Assembly (NCBI GenBank): GCA_964658305.1
Contig: OZ210885.1
Coordinates: forward strand, 25,854,001-25,918,000
From: Leptogorgia sarmentosa
Lineage: Eukaryota
DNA length: 64,000 bases
Direction of reading: 5' to 3'
Shown: in pieces, positions 14,991 to 28,000 of the stretch
Layout: each line of letters begins with the position of its first letter
Numbering within the stretch: the first letter of the stretch is position 1
Made by a program: the position numbers and the translations under genes
The notes under the pieces: model-generated
Told to the model about the DNA's origin: nothing
What the model saw: the letters and a program-made list of their open reading frames with translations, nothing else
Database searches by the model: none

Positions 14991-15691
14991 TTATTGCCTC
15001 TGCTAAGCTCGGATATAACCCTTTTTATTGTCCACTATTTGATATTTATTCTTGATAAAATTATAAACACAGGCTGGAAGTGGTCTTGTGTTGTCCCATC
15101 CCAGCCGGCCACACATCCACTTTATTCATCCACATGTGTAGGCAACAGCTCTTAAATATCTTAAAAAATAATGTTAGAGTTAGTGTACAGAATTTTCATG
15201 CACAATTGGTATGTGATATCTATTATGTATATCCATGAAATTGGTATGTGATATGTATATAATATGAGTTATGAATCATCCAATAAAGCTTTAGTCTTGG
15301 GCCTGTTCCAGTAACAAAAAGAATATTACTGAGTTCAAACTATCCTTAGAAGACTGAGACAAATGCGCAATAAATAATCTGCTTGTCATGTTGGGCTTAC
15401 TTAGCATATTACATTAACATAAACAACGCAAATAAGAAGAACGTACCACTGTTCAATAGTGACTGTGCCGTCGCTTCTAGCTTCCAATGTTCACAGCAAT
15501 ATACCATCAGGATCTTCTACAACTTTTATATTTCCCCCTGGTTCTTGCAAAGGTTCGTCATCTTAGATATACTTGTGCGATGCTACGTGCAAAGAGACCC
15601 AGATGTGCTTTATTACCGCCATCTAAATCCGACGAAGTGTTTTGCCGTTTTCTGGTGAGCCGACACTGCTATTTCGCTCATTACTGGACAT
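14991..15691 (-). pseudogene. KolX-like gene remnant (P2X7 C-terminal-domain-like accessory protein of Kolobok), spliced and degraded
   Basis: Hand translation of the - strand. Putative ATG at 15691 (MSSNERNSS...). The first exon ends DDEPLQEPGGNIKVVEDPDGILL*TLEARSDGTVTIEQ(W) at a TG|GTACGT donor (15447/15446). The last exon follows the acceptor ttttttaag| at 15159 and reads YLRAVAYTCG*IKWMCGRLGWDNTRPLPACVYNFIKNKYQIVDNKKGY, matching the recalled R..AY...W..G.LG...R.LP.C...I...Y....GY motif. In-frame stops and frameshifts are present. Confidence 0.75.
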
Positions 15692-15826
15692 TATTGCTCT
15701 GTATATTCTTACAATTATATAACTTTTATCTTAAGTTCAGAAAACTTTTACATTCCGAAAAAAATCGAGAAAAGATCACGGACAATACCGCAAGCGCAAT
15801 AGAATCTACAGAAAAAGCTTCGAGAC

Positions 15827-15890
15827 GTGTTCATCTTATGACGTCACACGCGCCAATATGGCGGATCAAAAAGTTCGGATGCGAAGTCGC
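15827..15890 (-). promoter_or_regulatory. Right subterminal module with CRE TGACGTCA (15839-15846) and YY1-like AATATGGCG (15855-15863)
   Basis: Inverted copy of the left module. Imperfect similarity extends outward (tccgaactttt shared). Lies upstream of the KolX-like gene. Confidence 0.6.
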
Positions 15891-15985
15891 ACTTTGAGGG
15901 CAAAATTAGTTATCTTGCAGTCAACGTACAGTGCTAATTTATATATCAAAATTCATCTAAAATCCTAAATATTGTTTAAAGTGGA

Positions 15986-16021
15986 AAAAAAAGGGATCGA
16001 AAATTTCGTTTCAGTAGCACT
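15986..16021 (-). repeat. Right terminal inverted repeat
   Basis: AAAAAAAGGGaTCGAAAATTTCGTTTCAGTAGCACT is the reverse complement of the left TIR with one mismatch. Confidence 0.97.
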
Positions 16022-16025
16022 TTAA
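16022..16025. other. TTAA target-site duplication, right copy
   Basis: Abuts the right TIR, and the satellite continues in phase after it. Confidence 0.95.
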
Positions 16026-19000
16026 TCATAATCATGATCGTTAGTCATAATCATGATCGCTAATCATAATCATGGCGGTTAATCATAATCATGTTCGTTA
16101 ATCACAATCATGATCGTTAATCATAATCATGTTCGTTAATCATAATCATGATCGTCAATCATGATCGTTAATCATAATCATTATCGTTAATCATAATCAT
16201 GATCGTTAATCATAATCATGTTCGTTAATCATAATCATGATCGTCAATCATGATCGTTAATCATAATCATGATTGTTAATAATATTCATGATCGTTAATC
16301 ATAATCATGATCGTCAATCATAATCATGACCGCTAATCGTAATCATGATCGTTAATCATGGTCATGATCGTTAATCATAATCATGATCGTAAATCGAATT
16401 CCTGATCGTCAATCATCCTCGTCAATCATAATCAAGATCGTTAATCGTAATCATGATCGTTAATCATAATCATGATCGTTAATCACAATCATGATCATTA
16501 ATCATGATCATAATCTTTAATCATAATCATGATCGTTAATCATAATCATGTTCGTTAATCGTAATCATGATCGTCAATCATGATCTTTAACTATAATCAT
16601 GATCGTTAATCAAATTCATGATCGTCAATCATCATCGTTAATCATAATCATGATCGTTAATCATAATCATGACCGCTAATCATAATCATGATCCTTAATC
16701 ATATTCATGATCGTTAATCATAATCATGGTCGTCAATCGTAATCATGATCGTTAATCATATTCATGATCGTTAATCATAATCATGATCGACAATCATAAT
16801 CATGACCGCTAATCATAATCATGATCGTTAATCATAATCATGATCGTTAATCATAATCATGACCGCTAATCATAATCATGATCGTTAATCATAATCATGA
16901 TCGTTAATCATAATCATGACCGCTAATCATAATCATGATAGTCAATCATAATCATGATCGTTAATCACAATCATGATCATTAATCATGATCATAATCTTC
17001 AATCATAATCATGATCGTTAATCATAATCATGATCGTTGATCATATTCATGATCGTTAATCATAATCATGATCGTTAATCATAATCATGATCGTAAATCA
17101 AATTCCTGATAGTCAATCATCATCGTCAATCATAATCATGATCGTTAATCGTAATCATGATCGTTAATCATAATCATGATCGTTAATCATATTCATGATC
17201 GTTAATCATAATCATGATCGTCAATCATCATCATGATCGTTACTCATAATCATGATCGTCAATCATGATCGTTAATCATAATCATGATCGTTAATCATAT
17301 TCATGATCGTTAATCATAATCATGATCGTTAATCATAATCATGATCGTTAATCATAATCATGACCGTTAATCAAAATCATGACCGCTAATCATAATCATG
17401 ATCCTTTATCATATTCATGACCGTTAATCATAATCATGATCGTTAATCATAATCATGATCGTTAATCATAATCATGATCGTTAATCATAATCATGACCGC
17501 TAATCATGATCATGATCGTCAATCATAATCATGACCGCTAATCATAATCATGATCGTTAATCATAATCATGATCGTTAATCATATTCATGATCGTTAATC
17601 ATAATCATGATCGTTAATCATAATCATGATCGTTAATCATAATCATGATCGTTAATCATAATCATGACCGTTAATCATATTCATGATCGTTAATTATAAT
17701 CATGATCGTCAATCATAATCATGACCGCTAATCATCATAATGATCGTTAATCATAATCATGATCGTCAATCATGATCGTTAATCATATTCATGATCGTTA
17801 ATCATAATCATGATCGACAATCATAATCATGACCGCTAATCATAATCATGATCGTTAATCATAATCATCATCGTTATTGAAATTCATGATCATCTATCAT
17901 AATCCTTAGTCATAATCATGATCGTTAATCATAATCATGATCGTTAATCATAATCATGATCGTTAATCATATTCATGATCGTTAATAATAATCATGATCG
18001 TCAATCATAATCAGAACCGCTAATCGTAATCATGATCGTTAATCATATTCATGATCGTTAATCATAATCATGATCGTTAATCATAATCATGATCGTCAAT
18101 CATGATCGTTAATCATAATCATGATCGTTAATCATATTCATGATCGTTAATCATAATCATGATCGTTAATCATAATCATGATCGTTAATCATAATCATCA
18201 CCGTTAATCAAAATCATGACCGCTAATCATAATCATGATCTTTATCATATATATGATCGTTAATCATAATCATGATCGTTAATCATAATCATGACCGCTA
18301 ATCATAATCATGATCGTTAATCATAATCATGATCGTAATCATGATCGTTAATCATAATCATGATCGTCAATCATATTCATGATCGTTAATCATAATCATG
18401 ATCGTCAATCATAATCATGACCGCTAATCATAATCATGATCGTTAATCATAATCATGATCGTCAATCATGATCGTTAATCATAATCATGATCGTTAATCG
18501 TAATCATGATCGTTAATCATAATCATGATCCTTAATCATATTCATGATCGTTAATCATAATCATGATCGTCAATCATAATCATGACTGCTAATCATAATC
18601 ATGATCGTTAATCATAATCAGAACCGCTAATCGTAATCATGATCGTTAATCATATTCATGATCGTTAATCATAATCATGATCGTCAATCATGATCGTTAA
18701 TCATAATCATGATCGTTAATCATAATCATGATCGTCAATCATAATCATGACCGCTAATCATAATCATGATCGTTAATCATAATCATGATCGTTAATCATA
18801 TTCATGATCGTTAATCATAATCATGATCGTTAATCATAATCATAATCGTTAATCATAATCATCACCGTTAATCAAAATCATGACCGCTAATCATAATCAT
18901 GATCCTTTATCATATACATGATCGTTAATCATAATCATGATCGTTAATCATAATCATGACTGCTAATCATAATCATGATCGTTAATCATAATCATGATCG

Positions 19001-22000
19001 TCAATCATGATCGTTAATCATATTCATGATCGTTAAGCGTAATCATGATCGACAATCATAGTCATGACCGCTAATCATAATCATGATCCTCAATCATAAT
19101 CATGACCGCTAATCATAATCATAATAATTAATCAAATTCATGATCGTCAATCATCATCGTTACTCATAATCATGATCGTTATTCATACTCATGATCGTAA
19201 ATCAAATTCCTGATAGTCAATCATCGTCAATCATAATCATGATCGTTAATCGTAATCATGATCGTTAATCATAATCATGATCGTTAATCATATTCATGAT
19301 TGTTAATCATAATCATGATCGTTAATCATAATCATGATCGTTAATCATAATCATGACCGTTAATCAAAATTATGACCGCTAATCATAATCATGATCCTTA
19401 ATCATATTCATGATCGTTAATTATAATCATGATCGTCAATCATAATCATGACCGCTAATCATCATCATGATCGTTAATCATAATCATGATCGTCAATCAT
19501 GATCGTTAATCATATTCATGATCATTAATCATAATCATGATCGACAATCATAATCATGACCGCTAATCATAACCATGATCCTCAATCATAATCATGATCG
19601 TTAATCGTAATCATGATCGTTAATCATAATCATGATCGTTAATCATATTCATGATAGCTAATCATAATCATGATCGTTAATCATATTCATGATCGTTAAT
19701 CATAATCATGATCGACAATCATAATCATGACCGCTAATCATAATCATGATAATTAATCAAATTCATGATCGTCAATCATCATCGTTAATCATAATCAAGA
19801 TCGTTAATCATAATCATCATCGTTAATCATGGTCATGATCGTTAATCATAATCACGATCGTAAATCAAATTCCTGATAGTCAATCATAATCATAATCATG
19901 ATCGTCAATCATAATCATGACCGCTAATCATAATCATCCTCGTTAATCATAATCATGATCGTCAATCATCATCATGATCGTTAATCATAATCATGATCGT
20001 CAATCATGATCGTTAATCATAATCATGATCGTTAATCATATTCATGATCGTTGATCATAATCATGATCGTTAATCATAATCATGATCGTCAATCATAATC
20101 ATGACCGTTAATCAAAATCATGACCGCTAATCATAATCATGATCCTTTATCATATACATGATCGTTAATCATAATCATGATCGTTAATCATAATCATGAC
20201 TGCTAATCATAATCATGATCGTTAATCATAATCATGATCGTCAATCATGATCGTTAATCATATTCATGATCGTTAATCATAATCATGATCGACAATCATA
20301 ATCATGACCGCTAATCATAATCATGATCCTCAATCATAATCATGACCGCTAATCATAATCATGATAATTAATCAAATTCTTGATCGTCAATCATCATCGT
20401 TAATCATAATCAAGATCGTTAATCATAATCATCATCGTTAATCATGGTCATGATCGTTAATCATAATCATGATCGTAAATCAAATTCCTGATAGTCAATC
20501 ATCATCGTCAATCATAATCATGATCGTTAATCGTAATCATGACCGTTAATCATAATCATGATCGTTAATCATATTCATGATCGTTAATCATAATCATGAT
20601 CGTCAATCATCATCATGATCGTTAATCATAATCATGATCGTCAATCATGATCGTTAATCATAATCATGATCGTTAATGATATTCATGATCGTTAATCATA
20701 ATCATGATCGTTAATCATAATCATGATCGTGAATCATAATCATGACCGTTAATCAAAATCATGACCGCTAATCATAATCATGATCCTTTATCATATTCAT
20801 GACCGTTAATCATAATCATGATCGTTAATCATAATCATGATCGTTAATCATAATCATGATCGTTAATCATAATCATGACCGCTAATCATAATCATGATCG
20901 TCAATCATAATCATGACCGCTAATCATAATCATGATCGTTAATCATAATCATGATCGTTAATCATATTCATGATCGTTAATCATAATCATGATCGTTAAT
21001 CATAATCATGATCGTTAATCATAATCTTGATCGTTAATCATAATCATGACCGTTAATCAAAATCATGACCGCTAATCATAATCATGATCCTTAATCATAT
21101 TCATGATCGTTAATCATAATCATGATCGTTAATCATATTCATGATCGTTAATCATAATCATGATCGACAATCATAATCATGATCGTTAATCATAATCATG
21201 ATCGTTAATCATGGTCATGATCGTTAATCATAATCATGATCGTAAATCAAATTCCTGATAGTCAATCATCATCGTCAATCATAATCATGATCGTTAATCG
21301 TAATCATGATCGTTAATCATAATCATGATCGTTAATCATATTCATGATCGTTAATCATAATCATGATCGTTAATCATAATCATGATCGTTAATCATAATC
21401 ATGACCGTTAATCAAAATCATGACCGCTAATCATAATCATGATCCTTAATCATATTCATGATCGTTAATTATAATCATGATCGTCAATCATAATCATGAC
21501 CGCTAATCATCATCATTATCGTTAATCATAATCATGATCGTCAATCATGATCGTTAATCATATTCATGATCGTTAATCATAATCATGATCGACAATCATA
21601 ATCATGACCGCTAATCATAATCATGATCCTCAATCATAATCATGACCGCTAATCATAATCATGATAATTAATCAAATTCATGATCATCAATCATCATCGT
21701 TAATCATAATCAAGATCGTTAATCATAATCATCATCGTTAATCATGGTCATGATCGTTAATCATAATCATGATCGTAAATCAAATTCCTGATAGTCAATC
21801 ATCATCGTCAATCATAATCATGATCGTTAATCGTAATCATGATCGTTAATCATAATCATGATCGTTAATCATATTCATGATCGCTAATCACAATCATGAT
21901 CGTTAATCATATTCATGATCGTTAATCATAATCATGATCGACAATCATAATCATGACCGCTAATCATAATCATGATCGTCAATCATAATCATGTCCGCTA

Positions 22001-25000
22001 ATCATAATCATGATCGTCAATCATAATCATGACCGCTAATCATAATCATGATAATTAATCAAATTCATGATCGTCAATCATCATTGTTAATCATAATCAA
22101 GATCGTTAATCATAATCATCATCGTTAATCATGGTCATGATCGTTAATCATAATCATGATTGTAAATCAAATTCCTGATAGTCAATCATCATCGTCAATA
22201 ATAATCATGATCGTTAATCGTAATCATGATCGTTAATCATGATCATGATCGTTAATCATATTCATGATCGTTAATCATAATCATGATCGTTAATCATATT
22301 CATGATCGTTAATCATAATCATGATCGTTAATCATATTCATGATCGTTAATCATAATCATGATCGTTAATCATAATCATGATCGTTAATCATAATCATGA
22401 TCGTTAATCATAATCATGACCGTTATTCAAAATCATGACCGCTAATCATAATCATGATCCTTAATCATATTCATGATCGTTAATCATAATCATGATCGTC
22501 AATCATAATCATGACCGCTAATCATAATCATCCTCGTTAATCATAATCATGATCGTCAATCATCATCATGATGGTTAATCATAATCATGATCGTCAATCA
22601 TGATCGTTAATCATAATCATGATCGTTAATCATATTCATGATCGTTAATCATAATCATGATCGTTAATCATAATCATGATCGTTAATCATAATCATGACC
22701 GTTAATCAAAATCATGACCGCTAATCATAATCATGATCGTTAATCATAATCATGATCGTTAATCATAATCATGATCGACAATCATAATCATGACCGCTAA
22801 TCATAATCATGATCCTCAATCATAATCATGACCGCTAATCATAATCATGATAATTAATCAAATTCATGATCATCAATCATCATCGTTAATCATAATCAAG
22901 ATCGTTAATCATAATCATCATCGTTAATCATGGTCATGATCGTTAATCATAATCATGATCGTAAATCAAATTCCTGATAGTCAATCATCATCGTCAATCA
23001 TAATCATGATCGTTAATCGTAATCATGATCGTTAATCATAATCATGATCGTTAATCATATTCATGATCGTTAATCATAATCATGATGGTTAATCATATTC
23101 ATGATCGTTAATCATAATCATGATCGTTAATCATAATCATGATCGTTAATCATAATCATGACCGTTAATCATAATGATGATCGTTAATCATAATCATAAC
23201 CGCTAATCATAATCATGATCGTTAATCATAATCATGATGGTTAATCATATTCATGATCGTTAATCATAATCATGATCGTTAATCATAATCATGATCGTTA
23301 ATCATAATCATGACCGTTAATCATAATCATGATCGTTAATCATAATCATGATCGTTAATCATGGTCATGATCGTTAGTCATACTCATGATCGTAAATCAA
23401 ATTCCTGATAGTCAATCATCATCGTCAATCATAATCATGATCGTTAATCGTAATCATGATCGTTAATTATAATCATGATCGTTAATCATATTCATGATCG
23501 TTAATCATATTCATGATCGTTAATCATATTCATGATCGTTAATCATAATCATGATCGTCAATCATAATCATGACCGCTAATCATAATCATGATCGTTAAT
23601 CATGATCATGATCGTCAATCATGATCGTTAATCATAATCATGATCGTTAATCATATTCATGATCGTTAATCATAATCATGATCGTCAATCATAATCATGA
23701 CCGATAATCATATTCATGATCGTTAATCATATTCATGATCGTTAATCATAATCATGATCGTCAATCATCATCATGATCGTTAATCATAATCATGATCATT
23801 AATCATATTCATGATCGTTAATCATAATCATGATCGACAATCATAATCATGACCGCTAATCATAATCATGATCGTTAATCATAATCATGATCGTCAATCA
23901 TGATCGTTAATCATATTCATGATCGTTAATCATAATCATGATCGTCAATCATCATCATGATCGTTAATCATAATCATGATTGTCAATCATGATCGTTAAT
24001 CAGAGTCATGATCGTTAATCATATTCATGATCATTAATCATAATCATGATCGACAATCATAATCATCACCGCTAATCATAATCATGATCGTTAATCATAT
24101 TCATGATCGTTAATCATAATCATAATCATGATCGTCAATCATAATCATGACCGCTAATCATAATCATGATAATTAATCAAATTCATGATCGTCAATCATC
24201 ATCGTTACTCATAATCATGATCGTTAATCATAATCATAATCGTTAATCATGGTCATGATCGTTAATCATAATCATGATCGTAAATCAAATTCCTGATAGT
24301 CAATCATCATCGTCAATCATAATCGTGATCGTTAATCGTAATCATGATCGTTAATCATAATCATGATCGTTAATCATATTCATGATCGTTAATCATAATC
24401 ATGATCGTTAATCATAATCATGATCGTTAATCATAATCATGACCGTTAATCAAAATCATGACCGCTAATCATAATCATGATCCTTAACCATATTCATGAT
24501 CGTTAATTATAATCATGATCGTCAATCATAATCATGACCGCTAATCATCATGATCGTTAATCATAATCATGATCGTCAATCATCATCATGATCGTTAATC
24601 ATAATCATGATCGTCAATCACGATCGTTAATCATATTCATGATCGTTAATCATATTCATGATCGTTAATCATAATCATGATCGTTAATCATAATCATGAT
24701 CGTTAATCATAATCATGACCGTTAATCAAAATCATGACCACTAATCATAATCATGATCCTTTATCATATACATGATCGTTAATCATAATCATGATCGTCA
24801 ATCATAATCATGACCGCTAATCATAATCATGATCGTTAATCATAATCATGATCGTCAATCATGATCGTTAATCATATTCATGATCGTTAATCATAATCAT
24901 GATCGTTAATCATATTCATGATCGTTAATCATAATCATGATGGTTAATCATATTCATGAACGTTAATCATAATCATGATCGTTAATCATAATCATGATCG

Positions 25001-28000
25001 TTAATCATAATCATGACCGTTAATCATAATCATGATCGTTAATCATAATCATAACCGCTAATCATAATCATGATCGTTAATCATAATCAGGATGGTTAAT
25101 CATATTCATGATCGTTAATCATAATCATGATCGTTAATCATAATCATGATCGTTAATCATAATCATGACCGTTAATCATAATCATGATCGTTAATCATAA
25201 TCATGATCGTTAATCATGATCGTTAGTCATACTCATGATCGTAAATCAAATTCCTGATAGTCAATCATCATCGTCAATCATAATCATGATCGTTAATCGT
25301 AATCATGATCGTTAATTATAATCATGATCGTTAATCATATTCATGATCGTCAATCATGATCGTTAATCATATTCATGATCGTTAATCATAATCATGATCG
25401 TCAATCATCATCATGATCGTTAATCATAATCATGATTGTCAATCATGATCGTTAATCAGAGTCATGATCGTTAATCATATTCATGATCATTAATCATAAT
25501 CATGATCGACAATCATAATCATCACCGCTAATCATAATCATGATCGTTAATCATATTCATGATCGTTAATCATAATCATAATCATGATCGTCAATCATAA
25601 TCATGACCGCTAATCATAATCATGATAATTAATCAAATTCATGATCGTCAATCATCATCGTTACTCATAATCATGATCGTTAATCATAATCATAATCGTT
25701 AATCATGGTCATGATCGTTAATCATAATCATGATCGTAAATCAAATTCCTGATAGTCAATCATCATCGTCAATCATAATCGTGATCGTTAATCGTAATCA
25801 TGATCGTTAATCATAATCATGATCGTTAATCATATTCATGATCGTTAATCATAATCATGATCGTTAATCATAATCATGATCGTTAATCATAATCATGACC
25901 GTTAATCAAAATCATGACCGCTAATCATAATCATGATCCTTAATCATATTCATGATCGTTAATTATAATCATGATCGTCAATCATAATCATGACCGCTAA
26001 TCATCATGATCGTTAATCATAATCATGATCGTCAATCATCATCATGATCGTTAATCATAATCATGATCGTCAATCATGATCGTTAATCATATTCATGATC
26101 GTTAATCATATTCATGATGGTTAATCATAATCATGATCGTTAATCATAATCATGATCGTTAATCATAATCATGACCGTTAATCAAAATCATGACCACTAA
26201 TCATAATCATGATCCTTTATCATATACATGATCGTTAATCATAATCATGATCGTCAATCATAATCATGACCGCTAATCATAATCATGATCGTTAATCATA
26301 ATCATGATCGTCAATCATGAACGTTAATCATATTCGTGATCGTTAATCATAATCATGATCGACAATCATAATCATGACCGCTTAGCATAATCATGATCGT
26401 CAATCATGATCATGACCGCTAATCATAATCATGATAATTAATCAAATTCATGATCGTCAATCATCATCGTTAATCATAATCAAGATCGTTAATCATAATC
26501 ATCATCGTTAATCATGGTCATGATCGTTAATGATAATCATGATCGTAAATCAAATTCCTGATAGTCAATCATCATCGTCAATCATAATCATGATCGTTAA
26601 TCGTAATCATGATCGTTAATCATAATCATGATCGTTAATCATATTCATGATCGTTAATCATAATCATGATCGTTAATCATAATCATGACCGTTAATCATA
26701 ATCATCATCGACAATCATAATCATGACGGCTAATCATAATCATGATCGTCAATCATAATCATGACCGCTAATCATAATCATGATCGTTAATCATAATCAT
26801 GATCGTCAATCATGATCGTTAATCATAATCATGATCGTTAATCATATTCATGATCGTTAATCATAATCATGATCGTTAATCATAATCATGATCGTTAATC
26901 ATAATCATGACCGTTAATCAAAATCATGACCGCTAATCATAATCATGATCGTTAATCATAATCATCATCGTTAATCATGGTCATGATCGTTAATCATAAT
27001 CATGATCGTAAATCAAATTCCTGATAGTCAATCATCATCGTCAATAATAATCATGATCGTTAATCGTAATCATGATCGTTAATCATGATCATGATCGTTA
27101 ATCATATTCATGATCGTTAATCATAATCATGATCGTTAATCATATTCATGATCGTTAATCATAATCATCATCGACAATCATAATCATGACGGCTAATCAT
27201 AATCATGATCGTCAATCATAATCATGACCGCTAATCATAATCATGATCGTTAATCATAATCATGATCGTTAATCATATTCATGATCGTTAATCATAATCA
27301 TGATCGTTAATCATAATCATGATCGTCAATCATAATCATGATCGTTAATCGTAATCATGATCGTTAATTATAATCATCATCGTTAATCATATTCATGATC
27401 GTTAATCATAATCATGATCGTTAATCATAATCATGATCGTTAATCATAATCATGATCGTTAATCATAATCATGATCGTTAATCATAATCATGATCGTTAA
27501 TCATGGTCATGATCGTTAATCATAATCTTGATCGTAAATCAAATTCCTGATAGTCAATCATCATGGTCAATCATAATCATGATCGTTAATCGTAATCATG
27601 ATCGTCAATCATAATCATAATCGTTAATCGTAATCATGATCGTTAATCATAATCATGATCGTTAATCATAATCGTGATCGACAATCATAATCATGACCGC
27701 TAATCATAATCATGATCGTTAATCATATTCATGATCGTTAATCATAATCATGATCGTCAATCATAATCATGACCGCGAATCATAATCATGATAATTAATC
27801 AAATTCATGATCGTCAATCATCATCGTTACTCATCATCATGATCGTTAATCATAATCATGATGGTTAATCATGGTCATGATCGTTAATCATAATCATGAT
27901 CGCAAATCAAATTCCTGATAGTCAATCATCATCGTCAATCATAATCATGATCGTTAATCGTAATCATGATCGTTAATCATAATCATGATCGTTAATCATA

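Larger units (their letters stand above)
13967..16021 (+). mobile_element. Non-autonomous (internally deleted) Kolobok-superfamily DNA transposon, 2055 bp
   Basis: TTAA at 13963-13966 and 16022-16025. Termini are 5'-AG...CT-3' (RR...YY, the Kolobok pattern). 36-bp TIRs. Convergent THAP remnant (+) and KolX-like remnant (-). No DDE transposase core visible. The transposon structure is seen directly; the family call rests on recalled Kolobok hallmarks. Confidence 0.88.

Noticed and set aside
15383..15658. 91-aa plus-strand ORF
   Set aside because: Starts at TTG, not ATG, and lies antisense to the KolX-like exon. Likely a shadow ORF.
15487..15897. 136-aa plus-strand ORF
   Set aside because: Antisense to the KolX-like gene and runs through the right subterminal module. 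No domain recognised.
13967..16021. piggyBac assignment based on the TTAA TSD
   Set aside because: piggyBac ends typically begin with CC(C/Y). These begin AG and end CT, and the THAP plus KolX-like cargo points to Kolobok.
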